In this document: piece after piece, positions 17,778 through 27,200 of the stretch | Layout of the letters: the number at the start of each line of letters is the position of its first letter | Numbering within the stretch: position 1 is the stretch's first letter | Source: a virus | Direction: 5' to 3' (one strand) | IMG/VR virus record: IMGVR_UViG_3300042154_000577 | Coordinates: 2,634 to 66,633 of that record | Length of the DNA: 64,000 nucleotides | The notes under the pieces: generated by a model | Databases searched by the model: none | What the model was told of the DNA's origin: nothing | The model's input: only the letters and a program-made list of their open reading frames with translations | Translations under genes and position numbers: made by a program

Positions 17778-18056
17778 ATGCCTTACGTAAACAAACCACG
17801 GCCTTACAAAAAAGAGTACGCCCAGCAAGTTGAGAGGGGCGAACTACCTGCGCGGATGGATCGACAGCGTGCACGCAACGAGATGGACGCTAAAGGTGTT
17901 GACCGCACAGGTAAGGACATCGACCATGTAACCCCCCTGAGCAAAGGCGGCACCAATGCGCCGAGCAACCTGAAGCTGAAGTCGCCGAGTGACAACCGTT
18001 CCTTTACACGCAACTCAGACCACACAGTCAAAGTCAACAAGCCGAAGAAAAAATGA
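17778..18056 (+). CDS. Small HNH endonuclease
   Basis: DIDHVTPLSKGGTN..SNL.....DNR. Confidence 0.85.
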   Translation: MPYVNKPRPYKKEYAQQVERGELPARMDRQRARNEMDAKGVDRTGKDIDHVTPLSKGGTNAPSNLKLKSPSDNRSFTRNSDHTVKVNKPKKK

Positions 18057-19441
18057 ATCTATCAGAATATGAGTGGCCCCGACCACATGGGTTTGAGCCG
18101 TTCGACCACCAAAAGGTCACATCAGAGTTTTTGATTTCCAACCGCAAGGCGTTCTGCTTCAACGAGCAGGGTACCGGCAAGACTGCATCAGTCATATGGG
18201 CGGTTGACTATTTGATGAGCGTCAGAGCAGTTAGACGAGTGTTAGTGATATGCCCCCTGTCCATCATGCGGGCTGCATGGCAGAACGACCTGTTCAAGTT
18301 TGCGATTCGTAGGACCGTTGCAATAGCTCATGGCAGTGCAGCCAAGCGCAAGGAGATCATCAACAGCGGTGCCGAGTTCGTCGTGATCAACTTCGACGGG
18401 GTTGCGATTGTCAAGAAGGAACTGCTGGCTGGTGGGTTCGACCTCATCGTCGTCGATGAAGCGTCGGCGTACAAGAATGCACAGACGGACAGATGGAAAG
18501 CACTGCGAGACCTCAACAAGGTAATCAAGGGGCTGTGGATGCTTACTGGTACGCCAGCAGCGCAATCTCCCGCCGACGCCTACGGACTAGCTAAGCTGAT
18601 CAACCCCACTGCAGTGTCGCCGTTCTTTGGGCAGTTCAAGGACACGGTGATGACCAAGATAAGCATGTACCGCTGGTTGCCAAAACCCAATGCCCAAGCC
18701 ACGGTGCACAAGATACTGCAGCCAGCAATTCGGTTCGAGAAGGCCCAGTGCCTTGACCTTCCTCCGGTTACCTTCGTAGACCGAGACGCACCGCTCAGCG
18801 TACAGCAGCAAAAGTTTTACACCATCTTGAGAAAGCAGATGCTCATCGAGGCCGCTGGGGAGGAGATCACCGCAGTCAACGCTGCCGTGAAGGTGAGCAA
18901 GCTGCTGCAGATTTCATGCGGGTCGGTGTACACAGATAAGCATGAGGTGATTGAGTTCGATGTCAGCAACCGGCTGAACGTAGTGCAGGAGATCATCGAC
19001 GAGACAAGCAACAAAGTCCTCGTGTTCGTCCCGTTTACACATACTATCGACCTGTTAAAAAAGCACCTAGAAAACCAACACATCACGTGTGCAGTCATCA
19101 ATGGTGCCGTCAGCCTGAACCAGCGCAGCGACATCGTTAAGAGCTTCCAAGAGCAGCCCGAGCCAAAGGTGCTCATCATTCAGCCGCAAGCTGCGTCACA
19201 TGGGTTAACCCTAACTGCTGCCGACACTATCATCTGGTACGCTCCCTGCACCAGCGTGGAGACATACCTGCAAGCCAACGCACGTATTGACCGACCCGGC
19301 CAGAAGAACAACATGACCATCGTGCACATCTCAGGGAGCCCAGTGGAAGCTAAGGTCTACTCTTTGCTGCGCAACAACATCGGCAACCACCAAAAAATTA
19401 TCGACCTGTACCGTCAAGAAATTTCTTCCGAAATCATTTGA
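18053..19441 (+). CDS. SNF2-family helicase
   Basis: QGTGKT, VVDEAS, LTGTP, HGLTL, QANARIDRPGQ. Confidence 0.93.
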   Translation: MNLSEYEWPRPHGFEPFDHQKVTSEFLISNRKAFCFNEQGTGKTASVIWAVDYLMSVRAVRRVLVICPLSIMRAAWQNDLFKFAIRRTVAIAHGSAAKRKEIINSGAEFVVINFDGVAIVKKELLAGGFDLIVVDEASAYKNAQTDRWKALRDLNKVIKGLWMLTGTPAAQSPADAYGLAKLINPTAVSPFFGQFKDTVMTKISMYRWLPKPNAQATVHKILQPAIRFEKAQCLDLPPVTFVDRDAPLSVQQQKFYTILRKQMLIEAAGEEITAVNAAVKVSKLLQISCGSVYTDKHEVIEFDVSNRLNVVQEIIDETSNKVLVFVPFTHTIDLLKKHLENQHITCAVINGAVSLNQRSDIVKSFQEQPEPKVLIIQPQAASHGLTLTAADTIIWYAPCTSVETYLQANARIDRPGQKNNMTIVHISGSPVEAKVYSLLRNNIGNHQKIIDLYRQEISSEII

Positions 19442-19465
19442 CAATGTACAATCCTGTGATATAGT
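19438..19465 (+). promoter_or_regulatory. Sigma70-type promoter
   Basis: TTGACA-N16-TATAGT with extended -10 TG; followed by hairpin GTAGGC/GCCTAC (19473-19489). Confidence 0.75.
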
Positions 19466-19516
19466 CAGTTCCGTAGGCAGGTAGCCTACACCTTCATTAA
19501 CCATTAGGAGTATTAG

Positions 19517-19939
19517 ATGACTGAAGAAACTTCAGAGGGAAAGAGTTCCCCAAATTTAGACATGCTGGCGAACGTCTACATCAAGATTCGTGACGCCCGG
19601 ACTACGCTCAAAGCGGAGTTCACTACGCAGGACTCAGTTCTACAAGAACAGATGGACTTGCTGGAAGCCAACATGCTCGATGCGTGCAAAGACCTGAATG
19701 CAAGCAGCATCAAAACCCAACACGGCACAATCATTCGCTCGGTCAAGTCACGGTACTGGACGAACGATTGGGATTCGATGTACACCTTTATCAAAGAGCA
19801 AGGTGCATTTGGCCTGTTAGAGAAACGACTTCATCAGACAAACATGAAAGATTTTCTCGTTGAGAATCCTGACCTTCTGCCTATGGGCTTGAATGTCGAG
19901 AGTGAGTACACCGTGGTAGTTAGACGCCCAAAACCCTGA
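19517..19939 (+). CDS. Conserved replication-module protein
   Basis: Coiled coil YIKIRD..., then SIKTQHGT, DWD...FI, LLEKR. Confidence 0.8.
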   Translation: MTEETSEGKSSPNLDMLANVYIKIRDARTTLKAEFTTQDSVLQEQMDLLEANMLDACKDLNASSIKTQHGTIIRSVKSRYWTNDWDSMYTFIKEQGAFGLLEKRLHQTNMKDFLVENPDLLPMGLNVESEYTVVVRRPKP

Positions 19940-19948
19940 AAGAATCAA

Positions 19949-20869
19949 ATGAGCAACATTACAGTTATTGACCAAGACCTTCCCGACTTCCTGCAAGCCT
20001 CGGGCATCAGCGAACTCACCAAGTCCCTCATGGGCAGCACGGGCACGAAGCGCATCGTGCCCAAGAACGGCATCTTCCGCAAGGAGATTGGCGGCAAGGA
20101 GATGGGCAAGGTCAAGGGCGACCTGAACGTCATCATCGTCAACTCGTCCCCCAAGGTTGGGCGCATCTTCTACGCAGCGCAGTGGACCCCCGACGCAAAG
20201 CCAGTTCCCCCCGATTGCTTCTCCAACGATGGCAATGTGCCCGACGCTGGGTCTGCGAACAAACAGGCTGACCGCTGCGACTCGTGCCCCCAGAACATCA
20301 AAGGTTCGGGTATGGGTAACTCAAAGGCTTGCCGCTACTCCCGTCGCATCGCCGTGCTGCTGGAAGATGACTTTGGCACCGCGCTTGAGGGTGAGGTCTA
20401 TCAGATGAACTTGGCGTCCAAGTCTCTGTTTGGTGAGAGTCCATCTGCTACTGAGCACGTATTTGAGAGCTACGTCAAGTATCTGGGCAACAACGGCAAG
20501 AGTCTTGATTGGTACATCACCAAGCTGAGCTTCAACGAGAACAACGACAACCAGTCGATTCTGTTCACTGCTGTGGAGCACATCAAGCGCCACCACTACG
20601 ACGTTATCACTAAGGTCGGCAACACCCCCGAGGTGCAGAAGCTGGTGACTATGACGCCGTTCCAAGCGCAGACAGACGGGGTTGCCAAACTGGAAGCACC
20701 AAAGGCGGAAGCGCCTAAGCCGGTAGCGCCAGCCCCCAAGGCTGCGAAGGTGGAAGCCGAGGAGGTCGCTGAGCCAGTCAAGCGTGAAAGCAAGAAGGTA
20801 GAAGTCCCGCCCCCTGCGGCTAAGCGCGACTTGACCTCCGTGCTCGCTGCATGGAGCGACGAGGAGTAA
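19949..20869 (+). CDS. Putative ssDNA-binding/annealing protein
   Basis: PDCFS, CDSCPQN, KAC motifs; Pro/Ala/Lys linker; acidic tail WSDEE; position in replication module. Confidence 0.6.
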   Translation: MSNITVIDQDLPDFLQASGISELTKSLMGSTGTKRIVPKNGIFRKEIGGKEMGKVKGDLNVIIVNSSPKVGRIFYAAQWTPDAKPVPPDCFSNDGNVPDAGSANKQADRCDSCPQNIKGSGMGNSKACRYSRRIAVLLEDDFGTALEGEVYQMNLASKSLFGESPSATEHVFESYVKYLGNNGKSLDWYITKLSFNENNDNQSILFTAVEHIKRHHYDVITKVGNTPEVQKLVTMTPFQAQTDGVAKLEAPKAEAPKPVAPAPKAAKVEAEEVAEPVKRESKKVEVPPPAAKRDLTSVLAAWSDEE

Positions 20870-20872
20870 CCT

Positions 20873-21112
20873 ATGAGCTACGGATACAGCCAGCGGCTAG
20901 TCGATGCAAACAACAATGCAGACGTTAGTTCGCGTGGCGTGTATCTGGGTAGTCGTTGCATAAAGCTCGGCATCTCGGTCAGTGAAGTAGCGGACAGGCT
21001 TGGCGTAAGTCGGGCCACCGTCTACAACTGGTTCTGGGGGTCAGTGACTCCCAGCGCTAGCCACACCGCCAAGATCAACAAGTATCTGCACGCACTCAGA
21101 AACCGCAAGTAA
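20873..21112 (+). CDS. Cro/XRE-type HTH regulator
   Basis: ISVSEVADRLGVSRATVYNWFWG...P. Confidence 0.88.
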   Translation: MSYGYSQRLVDANNNADVSSRGVYLGSRCIKLGISVSEVADRLGVSRATVYNWFWGSVTPSASHTAKINKYLHALRNRK

Positions 21113-21122
21113 CACGACAACT

Positions 21123-23969
21123 ATGTCCGACTTTGACCTACTCGATGCGGTGCTACCCTCAGAAGGGCGCTACTGTGTGATGGGGATTGGGCGGTACCCA
21201 GACCAGAAGTTTGTAGATACTAGAGAAGAACTTGATACCATAGCCGGGCAGTTTGTAGCTAAGGGTGTGGATGCGTATTTTGGTTGTGCCAAATACGGCC
21301 TCCTGAACAACCGCACGCACGCCAACGCCACGTACTTCCGCGCACTATGGATGGATATCGACTGCGGCCCCACGAAGGCAGCACCAGATGAGAAGGGCGT
21401 TATCAAGGGTTACATCGACCAAGCAACAGGGCTTAGCGAATTTCAAAAGTTTTGCACATCTGTCGGTTTGCCAAGACCTATCCTAGTGAGTTCCGGTTAT
21501 GGGATTCACGCCTACTGGCTACTTAAAGAGACGGTCTCCCGTGCAGAATGGGAACCACTCGCCGAACGACTCCGAGAGCTTTGCATTGAGCAGAGTTTTA
21601 TCGTGGACCCGTCGGTGTTTGAAGCATCGCGCATACTGCGCATCCCCGGCACGTTTAACTTCAAGCAGAGCGAGCCACAACCCGTAGAGGTGATCAACGA
21701 GCGCAGTGCGCGTATAGAGTACGCACAACTGAAAGAGCTACTAGGGGCAGCGGACCCCAAGGAAGAGCGGCCTGACTTTATCCCCCGTGCTATGAGCCCC
21801 ATGATGGAAGCTCTGATGGGCAACAAGATCAAGCGGTTCAAGACCATTATGATGAAGTCGGCTAACGGCACGGGCTGTAACCAGCTACTGCACTGCTTTG
21901 AGCACCAAGCAGATGTAGACGAGCCGTTGTGGAGGTCGGCGTTATCCATCGCCGCATTTTGCATTGATAAGGACAAGGCAGCACACAAGCTGTCGAGTAA
22001 CCATCCGGGCTATGACCCCGACGAGGTAGAGCGCAAGGTAGATCAGATCGTGAAGCATGGAGGCCCACACCGCTGCATCACGTTTGAGAAGCTGAACCCC
22101 ACAGGGTGCATCGACTGCCAGCATAAGGGGAAGATCAAGTCCCCCATCGTGCTTGGTGTTGAGATAGAGGAGGCTGATGACGCCGACAACGAAGTGACCG
22201 TAGAGACCGAGAAGGGGGCGGAGACCGTAACCATACCTGAGTATCCGTTTCCATTTTTCCGAGGGAAGAACGGTGGTGTCTATAGGAAGCCTATGGAGGA
22301 CGAGTCAGACCCTGAGTTGGTCTATGAGCACGACTTGTACGTGGTGAAGCGTATGCGGGACCCTACGGCGGGAGAAGTCATTCTGTTCAGGCTGCACCTA
22401 CCGCACGATGGCGTTAGAGAGTTTGCGATATCCACGGCAGCGATATCGTCCAAGGATGAGTTGCGTAAGGCGCTAGCCCAACAAGGTGTTATGGCACACC
22501 ACAAGCAGTATGAGAACTTGGCCGTGTACGTGGTCACGTTCATCAAGAACCTACAGTATTCAAAGAAAGCAGACATTATGAGAACACAATTCGGATGGGT
22601 AGAAGGTGACAGCAAGTTCATCATGGGTGACCGAGAGATCACTAAGGACGGGGTGTTCTACAGCCCGCCGACAACAGCCACAGAGTTCTTTGCAGACAAG
22701 ATTCACCCCAAGGGTACTTTCGACAAGTGGAAGGAGGTGTTTAACCTGTACGCCCTGCCGGGTATGGAGCCCCATGCGTTTGCAGCACTCACAGCGTTCG
22801 GCTCACCCCTGATGAAGTTCACTGGTTTGGACGGGGCAATCATCAACGTGATCTATGAAGAGGCTGGTTCTGGTAAGTCCACCATCTTGCGTATGTGCAA
22901 CAGCGTCTACGGCCAACCCAAGGAGTTGATGGCGATTGAGAAGGACACGCTCAACGCAAAGATGCAGCAGCTAGGGGTGATGAACAACCTGCCCAACACA
23001 ATCGACGAGATCACAAACATGCCGCCCAAGGAGTTCTCGGACTTGGCTTACGGCATCAGTCATGGTCGGGGCAAGAACCGCATGACCGGCTCGGCTAACG
23101 CACTGCGCCTGAACAACACCTCATGGCAGAACATGACCTTGGCATCAGCTAACGCTAGCTTTCACGAGAAGCTGTCAATGCTCAAGAACACGCCCGATGG
23201 TGAGTCCGTGCGCTTGATGGAGTACAAGATTGAGCCTAACAATGTTATTGGTGTGGCTCGGGGCAAGGAGATGTTTGACCACCAACTCAATGAGAACTAC
23301 GGCCATGCTGGTGAGACATACATAAGCTGGCTGATCAACAACTTGGAAGAGGCCAAGGAGCTAGTCAAGAAGGTTCAGGCCCGCATTGACAAAGAGGTGC
23401 AGTTCACTAGCCGAGAGCGTTTCTGGTCGGCAGAGGCCGCATGCAACATTGCTGGTGGTTTGATAGCTAGGCAGCTAGGACTGCACGACTACGATATGGC
23501 CGCTGTGTACGCATGGCTCAAGGGTATGCTGTCTGAGATGCGCCATGATGTGAAGCCCCCGATCACTAACCCAGCGTCTGCACTCGGCGAGTTCATCAAC
23601 GCCAACATCTTCAACACGCTGGTGGTCAACGGTGAAGTGGATGCTCGGAGTAACTTGATCTCCATGCCTAGCCTAGAGCCACGTGGGGAGCTACTGATAC
23701 GCTACGAGCCAGATACCAAGCACCTGTATATTTCCGCCAAGAAGTTCAAGGACTTCTGCGTAGAGCGGCAAGTGAACTACAAGAACCTGCTGACCAAGCT
23801 CACTGAGGTAAAGGTGTTCATGGAAGCCACAAACAAGCGCATGGCGAAGGGGATGAAGGTCGTATCACCTGCGGTGCGCGTACTCAAGTTCAACGCAGCC
23901 AACTCTGAGTTCCTGCAAGTAGACGCACTGTTGGCGAATGAAGATCGAGACAGTCTCGTATCAGGTTAA
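21123..23969 (+). CDS. Primase-helicase (RepB-like primase + DUF927-like NTPase)
   Basis: WMDID, SGYGIHAYW, RILRIPGTFN, Cys cluster, GSGKST, TIDE. Confidence 0.9.
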   Translation: MSDFDLLDAVLPSEGRYCVMGIGRYPDQKFVDTREELDTIAGQFVAKGVDAYFGCAKYGLLNNRTHANATYFRALWMDIDCGPTKAAPDEKGVIKGYIDQATGLSEFQKFCTSVGLPRPILVSSGYGIHAYWLLKETVSRAEWEPLAERLRELCIEQSFIVDPSVFEASRILRIPGTFNFKQSEPQPVEVINERSARIEYAQLKELLGAADPKEERPDFIPRAMSPMMEALMGNKIKRFKTIMMKSANGTGCNQLLHCFEHQADVDEPLWRSALSIAAFCIDKDKAAHKLSSNHPGYDPDEVERKVDQIVKHGGPHRCITFEKLNPTGCIDCQHKGKIKSPIVLGVEIEEADDADNEVTVETEKGAETVTIPEYPFPFFRGKNGGVYRKPMEDESDPELVYEHDLYVVKRMRDPTAGEVILFRLHLPHDGVREFAISTAAISSKDELRKALAQQGVMAHHKQYENLAVYVVTFIKNLQYSKKADIMRTQFGWVEGDSKFIMGDREITKDGVFYSPPTTATEFFADKIHPKGTFDKWKEVFNLYALPGMEPHAFAALTAFGSPLMKFTGLDGAIINVIYEEAGSGKSTILRMCNSVYGQPKELMAIEKDTLNAKMQQLGVMNNLPNTIDEITNMPPKEFSDLAYGISHGRGKNRMTGSANALRLNNTSWQNMTLASANASFHEKLSMLKNTPDGESVRLMEYKIEPNNVIGVARGKEMFDHQLNENYGHAGETYISWLINNLEEAKELVKKVQARIDKEVQFTSRERFWSAEAACNIAGGLIARQLGLHDYDMAAVYAWLKGMLSEMRHDVKPPITNPASALGEFINANIFNTLVVNGEVDARSNLISMPSLEPRGELLIRYEPDTKHLYISAKKFKDFCVERQVNYKNLLTKLTEVKVFMEATNKRMAKGMKVVSPAVRVLKFNAANSEFLQVDALLANEDRDSLVSG

Positions 23970-24132
23970 GTGGTCAAAGTTCCGTAAGGGGTACTCGTTC
24001 TTTGTGCCCTGCATCGACCACCGCGCAGCCAAGAAATCCATGCTCGCCGTAGCTGAGCGATTGAAGATGGATGTCGTCACCAAAGTTGTGATCGAAGACG
24101 GCATAAAGGGGCTGCGCATCTGGAGGGTTTGA
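23938..24132 (+). CDS. Small conserved hypothetical protein
   Basis: GYSFFVP...GLRIWRV. Confidence 0.75.
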   Translation: MKIETVSYQVKWSKFRKGYSFFVPCIDHRAAKKSMLAVAERLKMDVVTKVVIEDGIKGLRIWRV

Positions 24133-24185
24133 TGTACACTAACTTCTTTGTCAGTGCCTTCTCTCCTTGGCGGCAACCCCGCCTT

Positions 24186-24213
24186 ACCCCCGGTCTTCAC
24201 CGGGGGTTTTTTT
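24186..24213 (+). terminator. Rho-independent terminator at the convergence of the arms
   Basis: ACCCCCGGT-CTTC-ACCGGGGGT then T run. Confidence 0.9.
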
Positions 24214-27200
24214 ATGGCCTAGCTTCTTTCTCGCGCTCCGCCAACTCTTTCCGAGAAGCAGCCAATGATTTGATGAACACCGGTACGTTCTTATCGGTAA
24301 GCACTACGCCCTTGAGTGATGACGCCCGCTGTTCTGCACGTTTCTCCAACGACCCCGTTATGTTATCCTCTGTAATTTCGTACGAGGGGTGCTTAGAGTT
24401 GAACTTTTGGATTTCTTTGAGCACACCCGAAAACTTTTTGAAGTCGCTTTTTACGAGGTCACGATTCAAGCTGTTTAGCAACTCAGTGCGCTCGTTTTCT
24501 ATCCGCAAAGCAAGCCCGTTTGCTCTGAAGTTGACGTATTGCGCGTTTGCAAGTAAGTCGGGCTGAAACCCAATTGCTCGCCCTATGAGTTCACCACGCC
24601 TAAAAGAGTCCTTAGACATAATCGGAGCACCTGTTACGTCTTTGGCTCCCTCCGTAGCGTATTTGTGAGCAACCACAAAGTTTCGGAACCCTGCGGGTAG
24701 CATTTTCTCTACGCCCTTCTGCATATCACCCTTAGAGAAAGCATCGTACGCATCTGCGAGAGACAGGACCATGCTCACACTGGGGCCAGCCCTATCTAGT
24801 GCCGCAGCTATAAGCTCCTCGCGCACAGTTTTGTACTCTTTGCTGTCATGAGACCACAAGTTAGACATCCCAGTGCGACCACTAATATCCAACCCAGTAA
24901 GTGCATTGATCGGCCCACGTTCAACAATAGACGAGAGCGTCTTACCACCTATGGTTATATGCCCAAGCTGGCTAGGGAGAAAAATGGTGCGGAACCAAAA
25001 CATTGGGTCCATGTTCTTCAGGTCTTCAGGGAGTAATTCCTCCTCGTCCAACTTTCTCCAGAAAGCACCTAGCAGCCCCGCTACAGCAGCAATGGGTAAG
25101 CCTATAGCGCCAGCCAGCACGCCAGTGGTAAACATGGTGCCGAAGAACTTTATCGTTGCTTCTTTGCGCGTACTGTCGTCCATAGGAACGATCATCTGCT
25201 TAAAGTTGTTAAGCAAAAACAGCGTCACCTGCAGCGGGTACATCTGAAACTGAGTCAGAACCTTACCCACACCGGTCTGCATATACCTAGGGCGGTTGTA
25301 CCCACCGTAGTTGAATAGGGCTTCGTTAGTATCGTTTACAGCCTCGCGCACGGAACGATCAAAGTCCCCATGCTGCTTCATGTTCAAACGGAACGATGTC
25401 AGGAACACCATCTCGCGGGAGATACGTTCTGAAGAGTGCATCAACCCACCCAACAAAAGCGCACTCACAGCATCCTTGCCTAGCTGCACTTTAGGCCCAC
25501 TTAACTTCTCCGTAGGTGAGCCTTTTTGCTCGTACAGAGCACGGCTAAAGGTAGACTCAGACACTCCGTATGCTGCCATGCCGCGCACAGCCTTGCGCTC
25601 ATCAGGAGTAAGCCCTTTGGAGTCCTCAATACTTGGCGCTACCCACGATTTTGTACCGTTGGCGTTAGTTCTCCACACCCCGTATTCATTCCACACGCGC
25701 AGCATCTTGCTCATTTCACGGGTAGCGTTAACCGCACCATACCGAGCAGCCAGCACCGGCATGCCGGTTTGAAAAACACTCATTGGCTGCAGTAGCGCAG
25801 TGGACGCTCCGCCGAGATAGAAGAAGAACGAAGCCTTGTTAAATACTCTTGCAAATTTGTCCCCGGTGGTTTCGTTGTGGAAACCGAGCGTAGTATCTGC
25901 CCTCCGATCCATCTCAGAAACAAACGGTTCATTCTTGGGCTGTCCAGAAACGCTATCCCTAGCGGCAGACAAAGAGTTGCGGATGTACGGGGCGTACTTG
26001 ATTCTGGCTAGCTGCGTAGCCATTTTCACCGAGGCAGTGGACACACTACGCACTAAGTCAGTGCTAAAGCCTGTAGTGTTCTTACGGTTGATGAACTGAT
26101 TCCGAAAACTCTGTTCCGGCATCGTCTGCAGGTATATTTGGTAGATTGCGTCCTTGAGCGATTCTTTTGCGTTGGGGTCGCCCAGATTAGAGGAGTCGAT
26201 GCTGTCAAACACGCCACGTAACAGCAGGCTGGAATCAAATGACTTGCGGCGCAGGCTATGGATGTCGTTGCCTACATCGTAAGTTCCGTCTTCAATAAGT
26301 TCCTTGAGGTTGTCCTGTTTTCGGCGTTCAAAAGCAGCCGCAGATTCGTTTGGCTTGCGGTAAATTGACTTGTCAGCCATAGCCTGCATAGCGTTGTCAC
26401 GGCCCATAAGTGACTCATACATGTAGAACTGCCGGTTCTTGCCAGACCCAATAGACAACCAATAATCACCGTGCCGAGTGAGGGGGAAGTATGGGGTGAT
26501 TTTTTTGCCGGTCTCGTACATCTTCCGCAGTTCTGCCATCAGATTGCTTTTTTCCTCGGCGGTAAGCCGCGAGTTTTTAATCTGATCATCCAGCAACTTG
26601 GAGTACAGGTCCGACAGGTTCTCGAAATGGTTTTTGATGCGGTTGTACAGTTGCTGCCCCTTGCTACCTAGGTCAGCGTACATAGTGTCCAGCTTAGCGT
26701 TACGCAGCTTAGCCGACGTATCGGACGGGTCCACTTGGGCAATGGTAGCCGTAAACACCAAATTTTCCAGCTTGGGGCGTAAGCCAGAGTCTTCCAAGAA
26801 CGCACGATGTACGTCAGTTGTCAGGACACCAGACTGCTTCAAAATCTGCTGGGTCATACCCCCCATCTTCTGCATCAGGTCGTACGTGTTACGCAGTTCT
26901 GGCACCTTCTTACCAGCCCAGCTAACCAAGAAGTCCATAGTCGGCAACCGCACTAAGGCATTGCGCTCGTAGTAGGTAGCAGCGTTCCACAGCAGTTGTA
27001 GCTGCGGTATGATGTTTTTGGGGTTACGCGCAAGCTGCAGCAGCCCTACAGCTTTGGCTAGTGTTTCGTTATCCTTGGACTCAGCGACTTTGTTCAGCGC
27101 TAGGTCTACGTCCTTGTCTAGCTGACGCTGGCTTCTTTCTGCTGTGCCTTCTGCATCTTCATCAACATCTCCTTCACTGACGCCGACTTGTCCAGCACTT

